A DNA stretch of 64,000 nt from a virus, in IMG/VR virus record IMGVR_UViG_2903631197_000003, positions 28,290 through 92,289 of that record. One strand, 5' to 3'. The translations under genes and the position numbers were made by a program. Numbering within the stretch: the stretch's first letter is position 1; each line of letters begins with the position of its first letter. Below, one piece after another: positions 40,268 through 50,213 of this stretch. The notes under the pieces were generated by a model that searched no databases, had not been told where the DNA came from, and saw only the letters and a program-made list of their open reading frames with translations.

Positions 40268-40585
40268 TTACTTACTGTCTCCTTTCGGTAATAAATCATC
40301 AAGGTACGCCCACTGGCTTTCATCGACAACATCTTCGTAACCTGATGTTATACAACAATCCCTAATGACAATATCGGAACATGGTATTGGCTTTTCCTTC
40401 TTACCATCTTTCCACACCTCGCTAAGGTCAACGATATTGTCCTTGCGCTTAATGATGTTCAACATAAAACATTCTGCCCTTAACAATGTTTCGTTGTCGT
40501 CGCTGCTTAAATTTGAAGCCAATTTTTCTCGTAAATCACTCAACTGCTTGTGCAGCTCTTCTGCTACATTAATCAATTCTTTCAT
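40268..40585 (-). CDS. Hypothetical protein
   Basis: 105 aa ending in WAYLDDLLP, a common phage motif. Confidence 0.7.
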   Translation of the reverse strand: MKELINVAEELHKQLSDLREKLASNLSSDDNETLLRAECFMLNIIKRKDNIVDLSEVWKDGKKEKPIPCSDIVIRDCCITSGYEDVVDESQWAYLDDLLPKGDSK

Positions 40586-40976
40586 ATTCTTGCGTTAATA
40601 GTTCTTTATTGTCGTAGATATTGCCTATCACTTTTCGGTCTTCTACGCCAAGTTCCCTTAAAGACACAATGGCATTGGAGTTGCAATCGCAAAACCCAGC
40701 ATCAAACCATACCACGACGATTACGTTGTTGTCCTCTCCGCTGAGCAAATCCCCCTCGTACACTGCCTTGCCACTATTGTCATACAGCCCAGTAAACTGC
40801 CCGATGGTCTCTTCGTCCACGTCGTAGTTTGCAATCCTCACGGCTGGTTCTGTGCGTCTGCCGCTCTTCTCGGTTTGCTCCTTCGTGCATATCCTCTGCA
40901 CGTGCGTAAGGTCGCCGTATACCCATGCGCCATCGTCCGTGCGCTTGGCTCTGAATTTAATATTTTCAACCTTCAT
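40569..40976 (-). CDS. YopX family protein
   Basis: IKFRAK...WVYGDL...TIGQFTGLYD..GK.VYEGD...VIGNIYDN. Confidence 0.9.
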   Translation of the reverse strand: MKVENIKFRAKRTDDGAWVYGDLTHVQRICTKEQTEKSGRRTEPAVRIANYDVDEETIGQFTGLYDNSGKAVYEGDLLSGEDNNVIVVVWFDAGFCDCNSNAIVSLRELGVEDRKVIGNIYDNKELLTQEYERID

Positions 40977-41211
40977 GATTCTGTTCTTTAAATTTCTTAC
41001 CTTTTCTTATCCATCGAAAGAGCCTTGTGTGAGCACGACTGATTATGTCTATGTCGTGACATGATGGATGCACCCATACACCTCTCTTGTTATAATAACC
41101 GGGGCGAAGTTTATTGCATTTCCTCCAAAAACTCTTTCGGTAGTCTTTGGAGCGCCAGTTGCCTTCGCCCTTGCACCACCCCATTATTTTCTTCGCTTGC
41201 CTAAGTCTCAT
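40966..41211 (-). CDS. Hypothetical basic protein
   Basis: 81 aa starting MRLRQAKKI. Confidence 0.6.
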   Translation of the reverse strand: MRLRQAKKIMGWCKGEGNWRSKDYRKSFWRKCNKLRPGYYNKRGVWVHPSCHDIDIISRAHTRLFRWIRKGKKFKEQNHEG

Positions 41212-41404
41212 TGTTTGCTACTTTTGTTGTCTGCTCGTGATAAATGTCGATGGCATCAATTCGTGCTTGACACACCTTGATAACTTCCTCGTAGTAGGAT
41301 TTCTCGTAGAGCCTTGCATACTCGTTTGCCTCGTCCGCTATACGGAAGGATAGTTTACTAACCCTCTCTTGTATTCGTTTCTTATCTTGTTTCGTCAGTT
41401 CCAT
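41201..41404 (-). CDS. Hypothetical protein
   Basis: 67 aa, coupled to neighbours. Confidence 0.6.
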   Translation of the reverse strand: MELTKQDKKRIQERVSKLSFRIADEANEYARLYEKSYYEEVIKVCQARIDAIDIYHEQTTKVANNET

Positions 41405-41799
41405 TATTCAGCCCTTTCTCCAAGTGAAATTATAAACACCCGCTCTTTGCCGCCGCCCCATTCAGGAACACCATATCCCTGATATATACAGACAATTCTG
41501 AACGTCATCGTGGTATTGGTATAGCCGAGGTGAAAACAAACGTTTTCGAACGGCTTGTATCTGTCAAGTTTATCACTGCCGTGATATTCCCCATCAACAA
41601 GCCTCTTTATCCAATAGTCACTTTGTGCGCGATATTCCTCTCTTTTTTCGCCGCTTGCTATCATATCCCACCATTTGCGTTTCAGCACAAGGTGAAGCGT
41701 TTTGTTAACTTTTTCATCAATATTGAATTTTATAAGTTCATTACACACGTTACTTATATCTTCAAGGCTTCCTAATGGAGATACGTTATCTTTTGTCAT
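41404..41799 (-). CDS. ASCH/PUA-like domain protein
   Basis: LHLVLKRKWWDMIASGEKREEYR...YW..RL. Confidence 0.8.
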   Translation of the reverse strand: MTKDNVSPLGSLEDISNVCNELIKFNIDEKVNKTLHLVLKRKWWDMIASGEKREEYRAQSDYWIKRLVDGEYHGSDKLDRYKPFENVCFHLGYTNTTMTFRIVCIYQGYGVPEWGGGKERVFIISLGERAE

Positions 41800-42203
41800 T
41801 ACTCAATCCTTTCTACTTTAATAGGTTCGCCACTTTCATCACAAGTCAATGTCCTGCCAAGATAAACGCACCACCCCATATCCATGTCCTTTGCCGCTTC
41901 AAGGGTCAGTTGGTGGTATATCTCACGATAGAGATAGTATGTTTCTGCGATAAACTTACGCTGGTTATCATCGGGACAAGAACCACCATTCCATCCATAA
42001 CTTGCCCCAGGCCCGAGCAATGGGGTAACAAGCGGTTGCAACTTGCTAAGTTTCTCTCTAAGTTCCCGATAATGCTTGAGACAAGCCGTTGAATTAATTA
42101 GCTCCATCTGACCGCCGATGAACCTATGGCAGTCCTCCACGCAATTAGCAATCAGCATTAACTGATGCTCCGTCAGTTCTATTCGCCATTTCTTCTCTTT
42201 CAT
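41799..42203 (-). CDS. Hypothetical protein
   Basis: 134 aa, coupled to neighbours. Confidence 0.65.
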   Translation of the reverse strand: MKEKKWRIELTEHQLMLIANCVEDCHRFIGGQMELINSTACLKHYRELREKLSKLQPLVTPLLGPGASYGWNGGSCPDDNQRKFIAETYYLYREIYHQLTLEAAKDMDMGWCVYLGRTLTCDESGEPIKVERIE

Positions 42204-42541
42204 AATGTATATCCGTAACGTTTAAGTTTCTTGATAAAGTTCTTCTTGTTGAGTGCTTGAAAATATATACAGTTCTTTTCAATGATAATAGACTCCTTGT
42301 ATCTTGGAGTCCGTGTGCGATAATCAATCACTGCCTCTCGCTTTACAGGTGCGATCTTGATTTCTTTAGTGACGGTGTTGAACGAGAACATCGTATGTCC
42401 TGGTACTTTTTTAGTGCTACCAATAAACACTTGTTTGTGTTTCTGCTTTTGCAAGATTTCCATTTCGGTTTCTTGCGTCAAGTCTTTCTTGCCTTGTTCA
42501 AAGAAATTCATATCTGTATTATTTAAAGAGTTGAAAATCAA
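42200..42541 (-). CDS. Hypothetical protein
   Basis: 113 aa, coupled to neighbours. Confidence 0.65.
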   Translation of the reverse strand: MIFNSLNNTDMNFFEQGKKDLTQETEMEILQKQKHKQVFIGSTKKVPGHTMFSFNTVTKEIKIAPVKREAVIDYRTRTPRYKESIIIEKNCIYFQALNKKNFIKKLKRYGYTL

Positions 42542-42642
42542 TACATCCGTGCATAACGTAGCAGTACTCCCACTCGCTATACTTGTATATCATATACCTC
42601 TGGCAACTGAACCGCTTGGGGCATAGCTCGTTGCAGCAGAGG

Positions 42643-43653
42643 TCAAAATCGTAGTGCGTCATATTCAAAATATTTACTACATTTAAATCCCTTGCGAGGT
42701 GAGAAGTCCATAAATTCGCAAGTTGTGAATATCATTCGTTTGTTACACCATCGAGCCATATCTTTCTGCCACATCGGTATTTCATTCGCTTTCCCGAACG
42801 GGTCACGGTAAGGCTGTGCATAGGCATACACCGGTCGCCCTTGCTTGGTCTTTCGGAACTCCAATAGTTTTTCGTGTCAATGATTAATTCTGCTGTAACA
42901 CTCTTCAAAACCATTACCCCCACCAATCATTGTGTAAAGAAAATACTCACCCTTGAAACCATAAGAGTTTATCATCTCAATAGCCCTCTCACAGTACTTT
43001 ATCTGTGCTGTTGTGTCGCAGCCAAATCTTATCCTATTGTTCAGCCATTTAACCTTGGCGAATTTCCTTGCAAATTCGTCAGTCATTAGCCTTGCATCGT
43101 TTGCCTGATTGAGGTCTATATGATAACCCTTGGCTATGATCTTGTCAAGTTGCTCGTGTGCATAATCTCCTGCCGCAAGGAAGTTGTTATCCATCAGTAC
43201 AACATTCTTTCGTCCGTTGGCTACCCTATCAATATCCCAATAAGGTCTGATAGCTCCCTCTTTCTTTGGGACGACACACCACATGCACTTGTTAGGACAA
43301 CCTCTCGTAAGGAAACCGTAAGACGTGTCACCTGGGATAGAAGGGTATATCGAGTAGTCCGGCTGGCAATCGTCAATTTCGTTGGGTAAAATTGAACAAA
43401 CGTCATAACCAGTACCGCCCCTCACAATCTGCTTGGCATTGATATAACCAGTGTAATCAGGAGAGAAGTTGAATACCTTAGCCATATAGACTATATCGTA
43501 TTCCCCGCCGAACATTCCGTCATACCATTCCACGCCATCTCCTTTCGCTCGATGGTAAGAGGCTACCTTACAAAGGGCAAGATTTGGGTATATCGTCGCT
43601 CCCCATTTCTTTTTCTTTGCATGTCCGTCAACATCAATAAGTCCTATTTTCAT
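42643..43653 (-). pseudogene. Radical SAM protein interrupted by an in-frame TGA at 42877-42879
   Basis: CPNKCMWC (CxxxCxxC) motif; frame continues ...RINH*HEKLLEFRK...ARWCNKR to 42643. Confidence 0.8.
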
Positions 43654-43654
43654 A

Positions 43655-44428
43655 TCAAAATAGTGTAGGGTTATTTAATTCGTTCTTAATTCGCTTGCAG
43701 GCAATATCGTAATATTCCTTATTGAGTTCCATTCCGATGAAGTGTCGCTTCTCCCTTATGGCTGCAACTGCCATAGTACCGCTGCCTATGCAGTTATCAA
43801 GTATCAAATCACCCTCATTTGTGTATGTCCTAATTAGGTATCTGATTAACTCTACTGGCTTTTGGGTAGGATGAAAGAATTGCCCATTTTTATGCTCTTT
43901 TGGAATGGTTATTATAGATGTAGGATATTTCTCGTCTGAAACAATCGTTGGCACTTCAACAAATGCTCCATAGCAACTATTCTTTTGTTGATGTTTGCCA
44001 TTCCCCTTTGTATGGTTTCTTTTGTGTGGCTCGCATTTTACCATTTGAGGGTTGTAAGTTGGTAATTGCTTGTAGAATATACAAATATCCTCGTGTTGTC
44101 TTAACGGCATACGTTTAGAGTTAAGAAATCCGTTTTTAGCAACCTTATCCCATATCAGATTATACCTCCATAACTTCGGATTCGACAACATCATCTTGGC
44201 AGTGAACATACCTTGCGCAAAGAGAATAATCGCTGCATCATCTTTAATCACACGTTCATATTGTCCCCATAACTGCTCGAATGGAATAATTCTATCCCAT
44301 TGCACATTGACATTGTTCTTGTTCAATACCTCATACGGCAAATCACAGATAATGCAGTCAATACTCTTGTCGGGTATCTCCTTCATCAGTTCCAGACAGT
44401 CGCCTAAGTATATCTTATCTATCTCCAT
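43655..44428 (-). CDS. N6-adenine/N4-cytosine DNA methyltransferase (beta class)
   Basis: GDCLE, ICDLPY, HPTQKP and DNCIGSGT motifs; start MEIDK. Confidence 0.92.
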   Translation of the reverse strand: MEIDKIYLGDCLELMKEIPDKSIDCIICDLPYEVLNKNNVNVQWDRIIPFEQLWGQYERVIKDDAAIILFAQGMFTAKMMLSNPKLWRYNLIWDKVAKNGFLNSKRMPLRQHEDICIFYKQLPTYNPQMVKCEPHKRNHTKGNGKHQQKNSCYGAFVEVPTIVSDEKYPTSIITIPKEHKNGQFFHPTQKPVELIRYLIRTYTNEGDLILDNCIGSGTMAVAAIREKRHFIGMELNKEYYDIACKRIKNELNNPTLF

Positions 44429-44571
44429 TATGGTTTTCCGTTTGTTAAGTGACACTTGTCGCTGCAGTAACATACCTTTTTGGTCTTGCCGCAGATGCCG
44501 TAGCCATCCGTATCTTCGTAGGCAAATTTCTCACACTCGCCACAGTAGATTTCTTTGTTCATAATTACTGT

Positions 44572-44853
44572 TTAGCATTTACACAAACCAATATACTCGG
44601 CAGTACCATCGCTGTACACATCGAATGTGTATTGCCTGTTATAATGACCTGTTCTATCAACATCAAATCCTCCGCAATAAGTCTCTTCAAACAGCAGCAA
44701 TTCAAGTATTTCGTGCAATGGTCTGTAATTTGGTACGTTTTGCACAACCCATCTGTAATCATCAAGCAATGTGTCGTAATTCTTAATGCCAGGTAGAAGA
44801 AGCAATACGTCTTTTTTAGGTATTGAACCATCAACTTGTTCATCTATTTTCAT
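44572..44853 (-). CDS. Hypothetical protein
   Basis: 93 aa, coupled to neighbours. Confidence 0.55.
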   Translation of the reverse strand: MKIDEQVDGSIPKKDVLLLLPGIKNYDTLLDDYRWVVQNVPNYRPLHEILELLLFEETYCGGFDVDRTGHYNRQYTFDVYSDGTAEYIGLCKC

Positions 44854-45251
44854 TTCTTCACCTCCAATAGTTCTTTATGATTTTCAGCTACCCAGCATAA
44901 GCAATCATACAAGGTATTTATTAAAGGTTTATCATTAAGAGTAAAATACTCTCTAAACACAGATTCTTGCCAAGACCAATTTGTATATTCAATTTTCATT
45001 AAGTTCCAATCTATCATCAGATGATATATTCCGATTGTTTTAGGCAGTTTCTCGATAAGGTCGCCAGTAGTGTATGTCGGAATATTATAAGGCAAAAGAA
45101 AATGATTAGGAATACATAAATTCCATTCTTCTTCATCTGTAAATGTATCTTCTCCTGCAACCCAACACATACTCGCATCAGACGTATCAACACCCAACTC
45201 TTGCAGGTGCTTCATCTGCTCAATGCTCAATACTTGTTCTTTGATTTCCAT
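44850..45251 (-). CDS. Hypothetical phage protein
   Basis: 'QVLSIEQMKHLQELGVDTSDASM' N-terminus typical of Bacteroidales phage proteins. Confidence 0.7.
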   Translation of the reverse strand: MEIKEQVLSIEQMKHLQELGVDTSDASMCWVAGEDTFTDEEEWNLCIPNHFLLPYNIPTYTTGDLIEKLPKTIGIYHLMIDWNLMKIEYTNWSWQESVFREYFTLNDKPLINTLYDCLCWVAENHKELLEVKK

Positions 45252-45375
45252 TTCTTCTTTCCTTTCTTACGTTTGTTATTAGCGTTGTAATGATGGTCTT
45301 TAGGAATAAACACTGCCTTGGGGTATTTGCGGCAGACAAATTTTAATTCTGAGCCATTATGGTATGTATCTAAAA

Positions 45376-45738
45376 TCATTTCTCACCTCCTTTCTTTAAT
45401 TCTCTTATCAATCCGTCAGCGGCGGCTACTATCTGATTATAATTGAGCAAAGTACCCTTTACGTTAGGTCTTGTGTATATAGCAGCTGTTATGTCTTTCG
45501 CTATCTCATACCTCCGCTGCTCCCAATCGAGCACCTTGTTACCTTCCTCTATGTCTGGCATTGCAAGAATTTCTTCGGGAGTTTCCTTAAAATCATACCC
45601 TGCACATTCTGTCACTCCATTATCCCACAAACGGGTCAATCCTTCTTGTTCTTTTCTTATCATTCCTCCAATACAGGATTTGTTAATGAACACGATTTTC
45701 CCCTTTTCGTCATTTCTGTAATCAATTAGTTTAATCAT
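45376..45738 (-). CDS. Hypothetical protein with a DWEQRRYEIAK motif
   Basis: Start moved to MIKLIDY. Confidence 0.7.
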   Translation of the reverse strand: MIKLIDYRNDEKGKIVFINKSCIGGMIRKEQEGLTRLWDNGVTECAGYDFKETPEEILAMPDIEEGNKVLDWEQRRYEIAKDITAAIYTRPNVKGTLLNYNQIVAAADGLIRELKKGGEK

Positions 45739-45982
45739 TATTAATTGCCTCCAACAATTTTTGTTTTGACTTGTAGACTTTTTTATCAAGCATATAGTGA
45801 GTATAACCACCTTTATTGCTTGGCTCGCCATCTTTGTAGTTGACTTTGACGCAACGAAATAGTGTTGGTATTGTCTTGCACTTATCAACCGTCGAATGGC
45901 TGGTCGGCGTGTTGAAATGGCTGCTGAACTGCCATTCAAGGTTGTTAAATTCTTGCTCGGTCATTTCTCGACTCCTTTCCAT
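45731..45982 (-). CDS. Hypothetical protein
   Basis: 83 aa, coupled to neighbours. Confidence 0.6.
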   Translation of the reverse strand: MERSREMTEQEFNNLEWQFSSHFNTPTSHSTVDKCKTIPTLFRCVKVNYKDGEPSNKGGYTHYMLDKKVYKSKQKLLEAINND

Positions 45983-46416
45983 TCAAGACTTAATAATTCG
46001 GGGAAATCGTCGTACATACCATCTAAGAACTCATGGAAAAAGTGGTAAGGTTTCTCCTCCGAGGTCTCTAAACTAAACCATCTAAGAAATTTTAATAATC
46101 GGCATATTTCTTTGCCGTTATATAACACTACGGTATCGCCATATTTATTTGTTGCAATATCATATCCGAATCCTTTAAGCAGCTCAGGGGTTATCTCCAG
46201 CGCATCCACGTTCTTGATGTCCTCTTCCCACGGTGTCGGTCTTTCCTCGTCACTTGTCACGAGGTAAATAGTTCCGTCATCGCATATCTGTATTATCTTT
46301 AATGGAGGCGAGTAACGTTCTGTCTGCTCGCTCCACACCTGCACCCAATCGCCTACGTGAATATCACGGAGGGTTAGGTTCATTGTTCGTTTGTCTTTCT
46401 TGTATTCCATTACCAA
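45961..46416 (-). CDS. Hypothetical protein
   Basis: 151 aa, coupled to neighbours. Confidence 0.65.
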   Translation of the reverse strand: MVMEYKKDKRTMNLTLRDIHVGDWVQVWSEQTERYSPPLKIIQICDDGTIYLVTSDEERPTPWEEDIKNVDALEITPELLKGFGYDIATNKYGDTVVLYNGKEICRLLKFLRWFSLETSEEKPYHFFHEFLDGMYDDFPELLSLEWKGVEK

Positions 46417-46587
46417 CCAATATATACAATGTTTTTACCCTCATTAAATCTGTCAAAACTTACTCCGCTATCTTCAAGCGGAACAAACTCACCCTCGCCG
46501 TATGTGTTTTCCAGAGCCAACACTTCAATATCTCCGTGTGCCTTTTGGATTTCTTGGAGCTTCTTGATTAGTTCTGATATTTTCATA

Positions 46588-46833
46588 CTATTCGTTTTTA
46601 ATAACTACCCCATCGTGAAAAATATTGCCTTTCGCAGTAATATGTACGTGAGGTGGTATAACTTTTACTTTTCCGTTCTTATCGTCTTTATAGGCTTGAA
46701 GTAATTTAGTTGCAAATTCTTCGACATCTTTTTCTGGTATTCGCAACTCAAAATGTCCTCCGTCACTAAATTCTCCATCATAAGCGAAATCAGCCAGAAA
46801 ATATGGGTTACGATTACATTGTTTTATTTTCAT
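46588..46833 (-). CDS. Hypothetical protein
   Basis: 81 aa ORF. Confidence 0.55.
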   Translation of the reverse strand: MKIKQCNRNPYFLADFAYDGEFSDGGHFELRIPEKDVEEFATKLLQAYKDDKNGKVKVIPPHVHITAKGNIFHDGVVIKNE

Positions 46834-46851
46834 ATCACTTATTTTACCTGT

Positions 46852-47070
46852 TTAACAATAACGCATCCAATCATCAGCAAGTATATCGCAATTCGTGGCG
46901 GTATAGACACCATACTTGCCATCCTTTGTGACTATACCTATGTACGGTAGTATTTCCAAATCCGCAGAACCAGCCAACAGGACAATGCGTTTCGTACCGC
47001 TCCAACTCGCCCTTCTGATTACTGCGCCTTGTTTCAATAATTTCAATGCCTCTGAAAAAGTCCATATCAT
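46852..47070 (-). CDS. DUF2829 / Tad2-family protein (putative immune-signal sponge)
   Basis: F.EAL.LLK.G..IRR.SW...PYI.....DG....D.LADDW. Confidence 0.8.
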   Translation of the reverse strand: MIWTFSEALKLLKQGAVIRRASWSGTKRIVLLAGSADLEILPYIGIVTKDGKYGVYTATNCDILADDWMRYC

Positions 47071-47267
47071 TTATCAATTACGAGTTTAACTTCTCTGTTA
47101 ACCACAAACGGCTCAGATCCGCTGAAAGAACCCAAGAGTCTGTTCAGAATTGCGGCCTGACTTGGGCTGATACCAAGAGGCGAGAATGAGCCATCGTCGT
47201 TTTTCACTACTAACATTATTTGACCTGATTGAAGGTCATCAAGATTCTGTTTCATATCATTTGTCAA
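47067..47267 (-). CDS. Hypothetical protein
   Basis: 66 aa, coupled; ends VKLVIDK like its neighbour. Confidence 0.6.
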   Translation of the reverse strand: MTNDMKQNLDDLQSGQIMLVVKNDDGSFSPLGISPSQAAILNRLLGSFSGSEPFVVNREVKLVIDK

Positions 47268-47463
47268 TTACTAATTTAACCTTGGTCGGTTCCTCGTCCG
47301 ACCATTGTACTTCGGGGAATAAATCTGGGCTTATAGGATAAGGGTTATAATTGTCGCTTATCCACATACCATCCCCTGTATCTTTCTTAGGTTTTGAAAT
47401 ACCGTGAAAATACAAAGCACCATTTTCATCCCTTGATAACCACATTTCTTGTTCCATAAACAC
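47257..47463 (-). CDS. Hypothetical protein
   Basis: 68 aa; W..RD..G.L...KP....W...FP.V.W.DEEP family pattern. Confidence 0.65.
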   Translation of the reverse strand: MFMEQEMWLSRDENGALYFHGISKPKKDTGDGMWISDNYNPYPISPDLFPEVQWSDEEPTKVKLVIDK

Positions 47464-47756
47464 TAATCTTGTAGTTTATCCAAAATACCTTTAAGTAAGT
47501 CCAAAAAACCTTTATGTCTTACTGCACTTTCACAAAACTCTTTGACACACATTTCAGTATCGCCAACCATAAAACTCGCACCACCTTTAGAGTCGCAAGC
47601 AAGTACTACTACGTGCGCTTGGTCGGTATGTTCTTTGTTGTACTCGTTTACGGCATCAAAGAACTCGTAAGACAAGGCATGAAGTTCATCTTTCTCCCTT
47701 CCTTTTTCGATAATTATTTCTGGCTTTTTCATATTAGTTTGGTTTACGAGCCGCAC
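47463..47756 (-). CDS. Hypothetical protein
   Basis: 97 aa ORF. Confidence 0.6.
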   Translation of the reverse strand: MRLVNQTNMKKPEIIIEKGREKDELHALSYEFFDAVNEYNKEHTDQAHVVVLACDSKGGASFMVGDTEMCVKEFCESAVRHKGFLDLLKGILDKLQD

Positions 47757-47779
47757 CTGTCACATACGGCTCTTGGTTG

Positions 47780-48484
47780 CTACTCTACAAGTTCCCAATC
47801 ATCTGCAAATACATCTGATATACTCGGCACCCATGAGTCGGCTCGACCTGTATTACTGTTGTATATGAGACATTGGTTTGTGTAGTCAATAAATCCCTTG
47901 TCATTAAGGATAAGGTCTTTGGCAGACTGAGGAAGTGACTGCATCTTTGGGATAATGTCACTCTCGATATGTGCCGGCACTTGCTTAATGACGAATAGGT
48001 TCTTACCATTCCAACCCGAACGACGAATCGCGAAGCCGCTTTTTAGCAGCGCAATAGCTGAACCGAACGATATACCTGAACAACCACCGTCTTTACTTTC
48101 CATCTTAGTTGACCGTAAGCGAAGTACGTTCAAGTATGCAGACATGTCCGAATATTGAACAGCAAGCATTGCTCTCGTGGTACTATCCAATTCCTTGAAC
48201 TTATCGCCACGAATAAAAGCATACAGTTTCTGCATGCGGTCGTCAAGTTCGTTCTCTTCGATAGTCATTCTGTCAAGCGGAGTGTCGGCGACTTTGTAAG
48301 CCTTCTCGAATGGCTCGGCTGGCGACCAGTTTTCATAACCACCCCCATACTTTACGTGATAACCTGCCTTAGTCTTTTCTGACTCGTTAGGCACTCTTCC
48401 TGCTTGCAGGAGATTCTTCTCATAAGCCTCACCCATTGTCATCGGTTCGGCTTCAATTTGCTTTGTACCAATGTACTTTTTCAT
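47780..48484 (-). CDS. Multidomain protein with C-terminal DUF2829/Tad2 domain and central crAss001_48-like helical hairpin
   Basis: N-terminal YIGTKQIEAEPM...WSPAEPFEKAY; middle E..EL..R..KL..FI....F; C-terminal FG.AI.LLK.G..RR.GWNGK...W.PS.SD.FA.DW. Confidence 0.75.
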   Translation of the reverse strand: MKKYIGTKQIEAEPMTMGEAYEKNLLQAGRVPNESEKTKAGYHVKYGGGYENWSPAEPFEKAYKVADTPLDRMTIEENELDDRMQKLYAFIRGDKFKELDSTTRAMLAVQYSDMSAYLNVLRLRSTKMESKDGGCSGISFGSAIALLKSGFAIRRSGWNGKNLFVIKQVPAHIESDIIPKMQSLPQSAKDLILNDKGFIDYTNQCLIYNSNTGRADSWVPSISDVFADDWELVE

Positions 48485-48496
48485 CGTGCTTAAATT

Positions 48497-48796
48497 TTAT
48501 TGTTTTTCGGCACTATTGCCTTTTCTTGTCTGTTTTCTATGCTCTGCGTCATACTGGTTGTGACACCTTTGACACAATGCTTTTAAGTTATCATCCGAGC
48601 AGTTTTCGGGAGTGTGGTCGAGGTGGGCAATCGTCAGCACGATGTATGCGTCTTTACCCGTCTTGGGGTTGTAGCGGTAAGTGTGATTTTCCACTCCACA
48701 GAACTCGCAACGGTTATTTGCTCGCTTCAAAATCCTTTCTCTTATCTCCTTCCAGTTCTTTGGATAGCGAGATTTATTTTCGGGTTTAATTGGCAT
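48497..48796 (-). CDS. HNH endonuclease-like protein
   Basis: RCEFCG...LTIAHLDH.PEN....NL.ALCQRCH..YD; start MPIKPEN. Confidence 0.85.
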   Translation of the reverse strand: MPIKPENKSRYPKNWKEIRERILKRANNRCEFCGVENHTYRYNPKTGKDAYIVLTIAHLDHTPENCSDDNLKALCQRCHNQYDAEHRKQTRKGNSAEKQ

Positions 48797-49049
48797 TTTC
48801 AACCTCCTTCTTTCTCGCCTCCAACTGCTGAATGATATTCTCAATGGTCTTGCCCGGATATTCCTCGGCTACATTTTTTAAAGTGGCTATCTGCATCAGA
48901 AGCTTTATGTATTCTGTTACTAAGGCTTGTCTTCGGGCATTATTGACAGGTATCACTCTATCGTCCTTTGCAGGAATATGCTGCACTACGTCAAAGAATT
49001 TACTTATATCCATCACCCTGCAACTGACCTCATTCATATCGTTATTCAT
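48786..49049 (-). CDS. Hypothetical protein
   Basis: 87 aa, coupled to neighbours. Confidence 0.6.
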   Translation of the reverse strand: MNNDMNEVSCRVMDISKFFDVVQHIPAKDDRVIPVNNARRQALVTEYIKLLMQIATLKNVAEEYPGKTIENIIQQLEARKKEVENAN

Positions 49050-49053
49050 ATGG

Positions 49054-49494
49054 CTATTCCTCTTTTATTCCAAATGGCGTTCCGTCTGCGAAAGTGAGTT
49101 TAAACAATTCTAACGCTTCTTCAAAAAAGCAATGATAATTTTTCAGGTAAAATTCTTTTAGCGGTCCTTCAGAACGAGATTGTTCTCTGGGAGGCAATTC
49201 TATTCTATCTTCTTCAACACTTATGATACAATAATAACAACTTCTGTTTTTACTATATATCCAGCCAAACGGCGAATGTTTCAGCATTTCGTTCCAGCAC
49301 TCTTCTTGGGTCTTGAAGGGTCTGTACTTCGGTTTTGGTTTAATTCTATAATTTTCTATACCCTTATCATCTATCCAATTAAAAGATGGATTTTCACAAG
49401 GTATATAATCCTCGAAACATATTGTTTCAATCTCTTCTCCATTTGCATAAGCCAGCATTACTTCCGCTGCTTTGCGTGCTTCTTCTCTTGTCAT
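49054..49494 (-). CDS. Hypothetical phage protein
   Basis: YRIKP.PKYRPF...EC..EM.KH.PFGW...TFADGTPFG family pattern. Confidence 0.75.
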   Translation of the reverse strand: MTREEARKAAEVMLAYANGEEIETICFEDYIPCENPSFNWIDDKGIENYRIKPKPKYRPFKTQEECWNEMLKHSPFGWIYSKNRSCYYCIISVEEDRIELPPREQSRSEGPLKEFYLKNYHCFFEEALELFKLTFADGTPFGIKEE

Positions 49495-49497
49495 AGT

Positions 49498-49824
49498 TTA
49501 TATTTTATGAATTGAAATAATCGGTCCTCCGATGTATTGGCTTACCTGAGACATCGATCCGTCCTTTTTAATTTTACGGAAGACGTATTTCATCTCACCC
49601 CATTCGAGAGATACTCCGAAGAAGTAAGTTTCGATGTCAATTTCATCACCCCGCCATGCTTTCGTTTTAACTGAAACCTTAGTGCCTGGAGTTATTCCTT
49701 GTTCTCCAAGTTCTCTCAGCAAGGAGTCTCCAAACTCCTTACGTACTTGTCTAATCTGAGCGTCCAACGCTTCTTTTTGTCTCTTAAGTTCATTAATTCT
49801 CTTTTGATATTCTTCTTTAGTCAT
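49498..49824 (-). CDS. Hypothetical protein
   Basis: 108 aa ORF. Confidence 0.65.
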   Translation of the reverse strand: MTKEEYQKRINELKRQKEALDAQIRQVRKEFGDSLLRELGEQGITPGTKVSVKTKAWRGDEIDIETYFFGVSLEWGEMKYVFRKIKKDGSMSQVSQYIGGPIISIHKI

Positions 49825-49838
49825 AATCTAACCTCCTA

Positions 49839-50213
49839 TTATTTTGAAGGTTTGAGAAATTTCGGTATTGGAAACCAAAATTCAGGTTCAGTATTATCAA
49901 GATGACTTCTATAGAAATCTTTATTACTCTCGCAGTGTGACTTGCTTATTGTTTCATAACAGTCCTGATAATCCCACCAAAATGCAGATATAAATCCCTC
50001 GTCTGATAAAAAGCCTACTCTTGTGCCATTAGGATTAAAGTCTTCGTCAACCCATTTGTGGTGATATGCTATAACTTCAACTCCAAATGGTGGCTTTTGT
50101 TCCTGGTAATTTATATATCTGTTTTCCAGCGCAAATTCAGCACCTTCGAGGAACGCGGGAGCAAGTTTCCCATATCCCTCGGCTTTCTTTTGTATCTTTT
50201 CTTGTAGTGTCAT
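49839..50213 (-). CDS. Hypothetical protein
   Basis: 124 aa ORF. Confidence 0.65.
   Translation of the reverse strand: MTLQEKIQKKAEGYGKLAPAFLEGAEFALENRYINYQEQKPPFGVEVIAYHHKWVDEDFNPNGTRVGFLSDEGFISAFWWDYQDCYETISKSHCESNKDFYRSHLDNTEPEFWFPIPKFLKPSK

Noticed and set aside
42877..42879. Genome-wide stop-codon reassignment (TGA or TAG)
   Set aside because: Other genes are intact under the standard code and end normally at TGA, TAG or TAA; this is a single case.
48497..48796. HNH protein as the RNA-guided effector
   Set aside because: It is a common ~100-aa stand-alone phage HNH, 8-11 kb from the scaffolds, with no visible RNA-binding or RuvC region.
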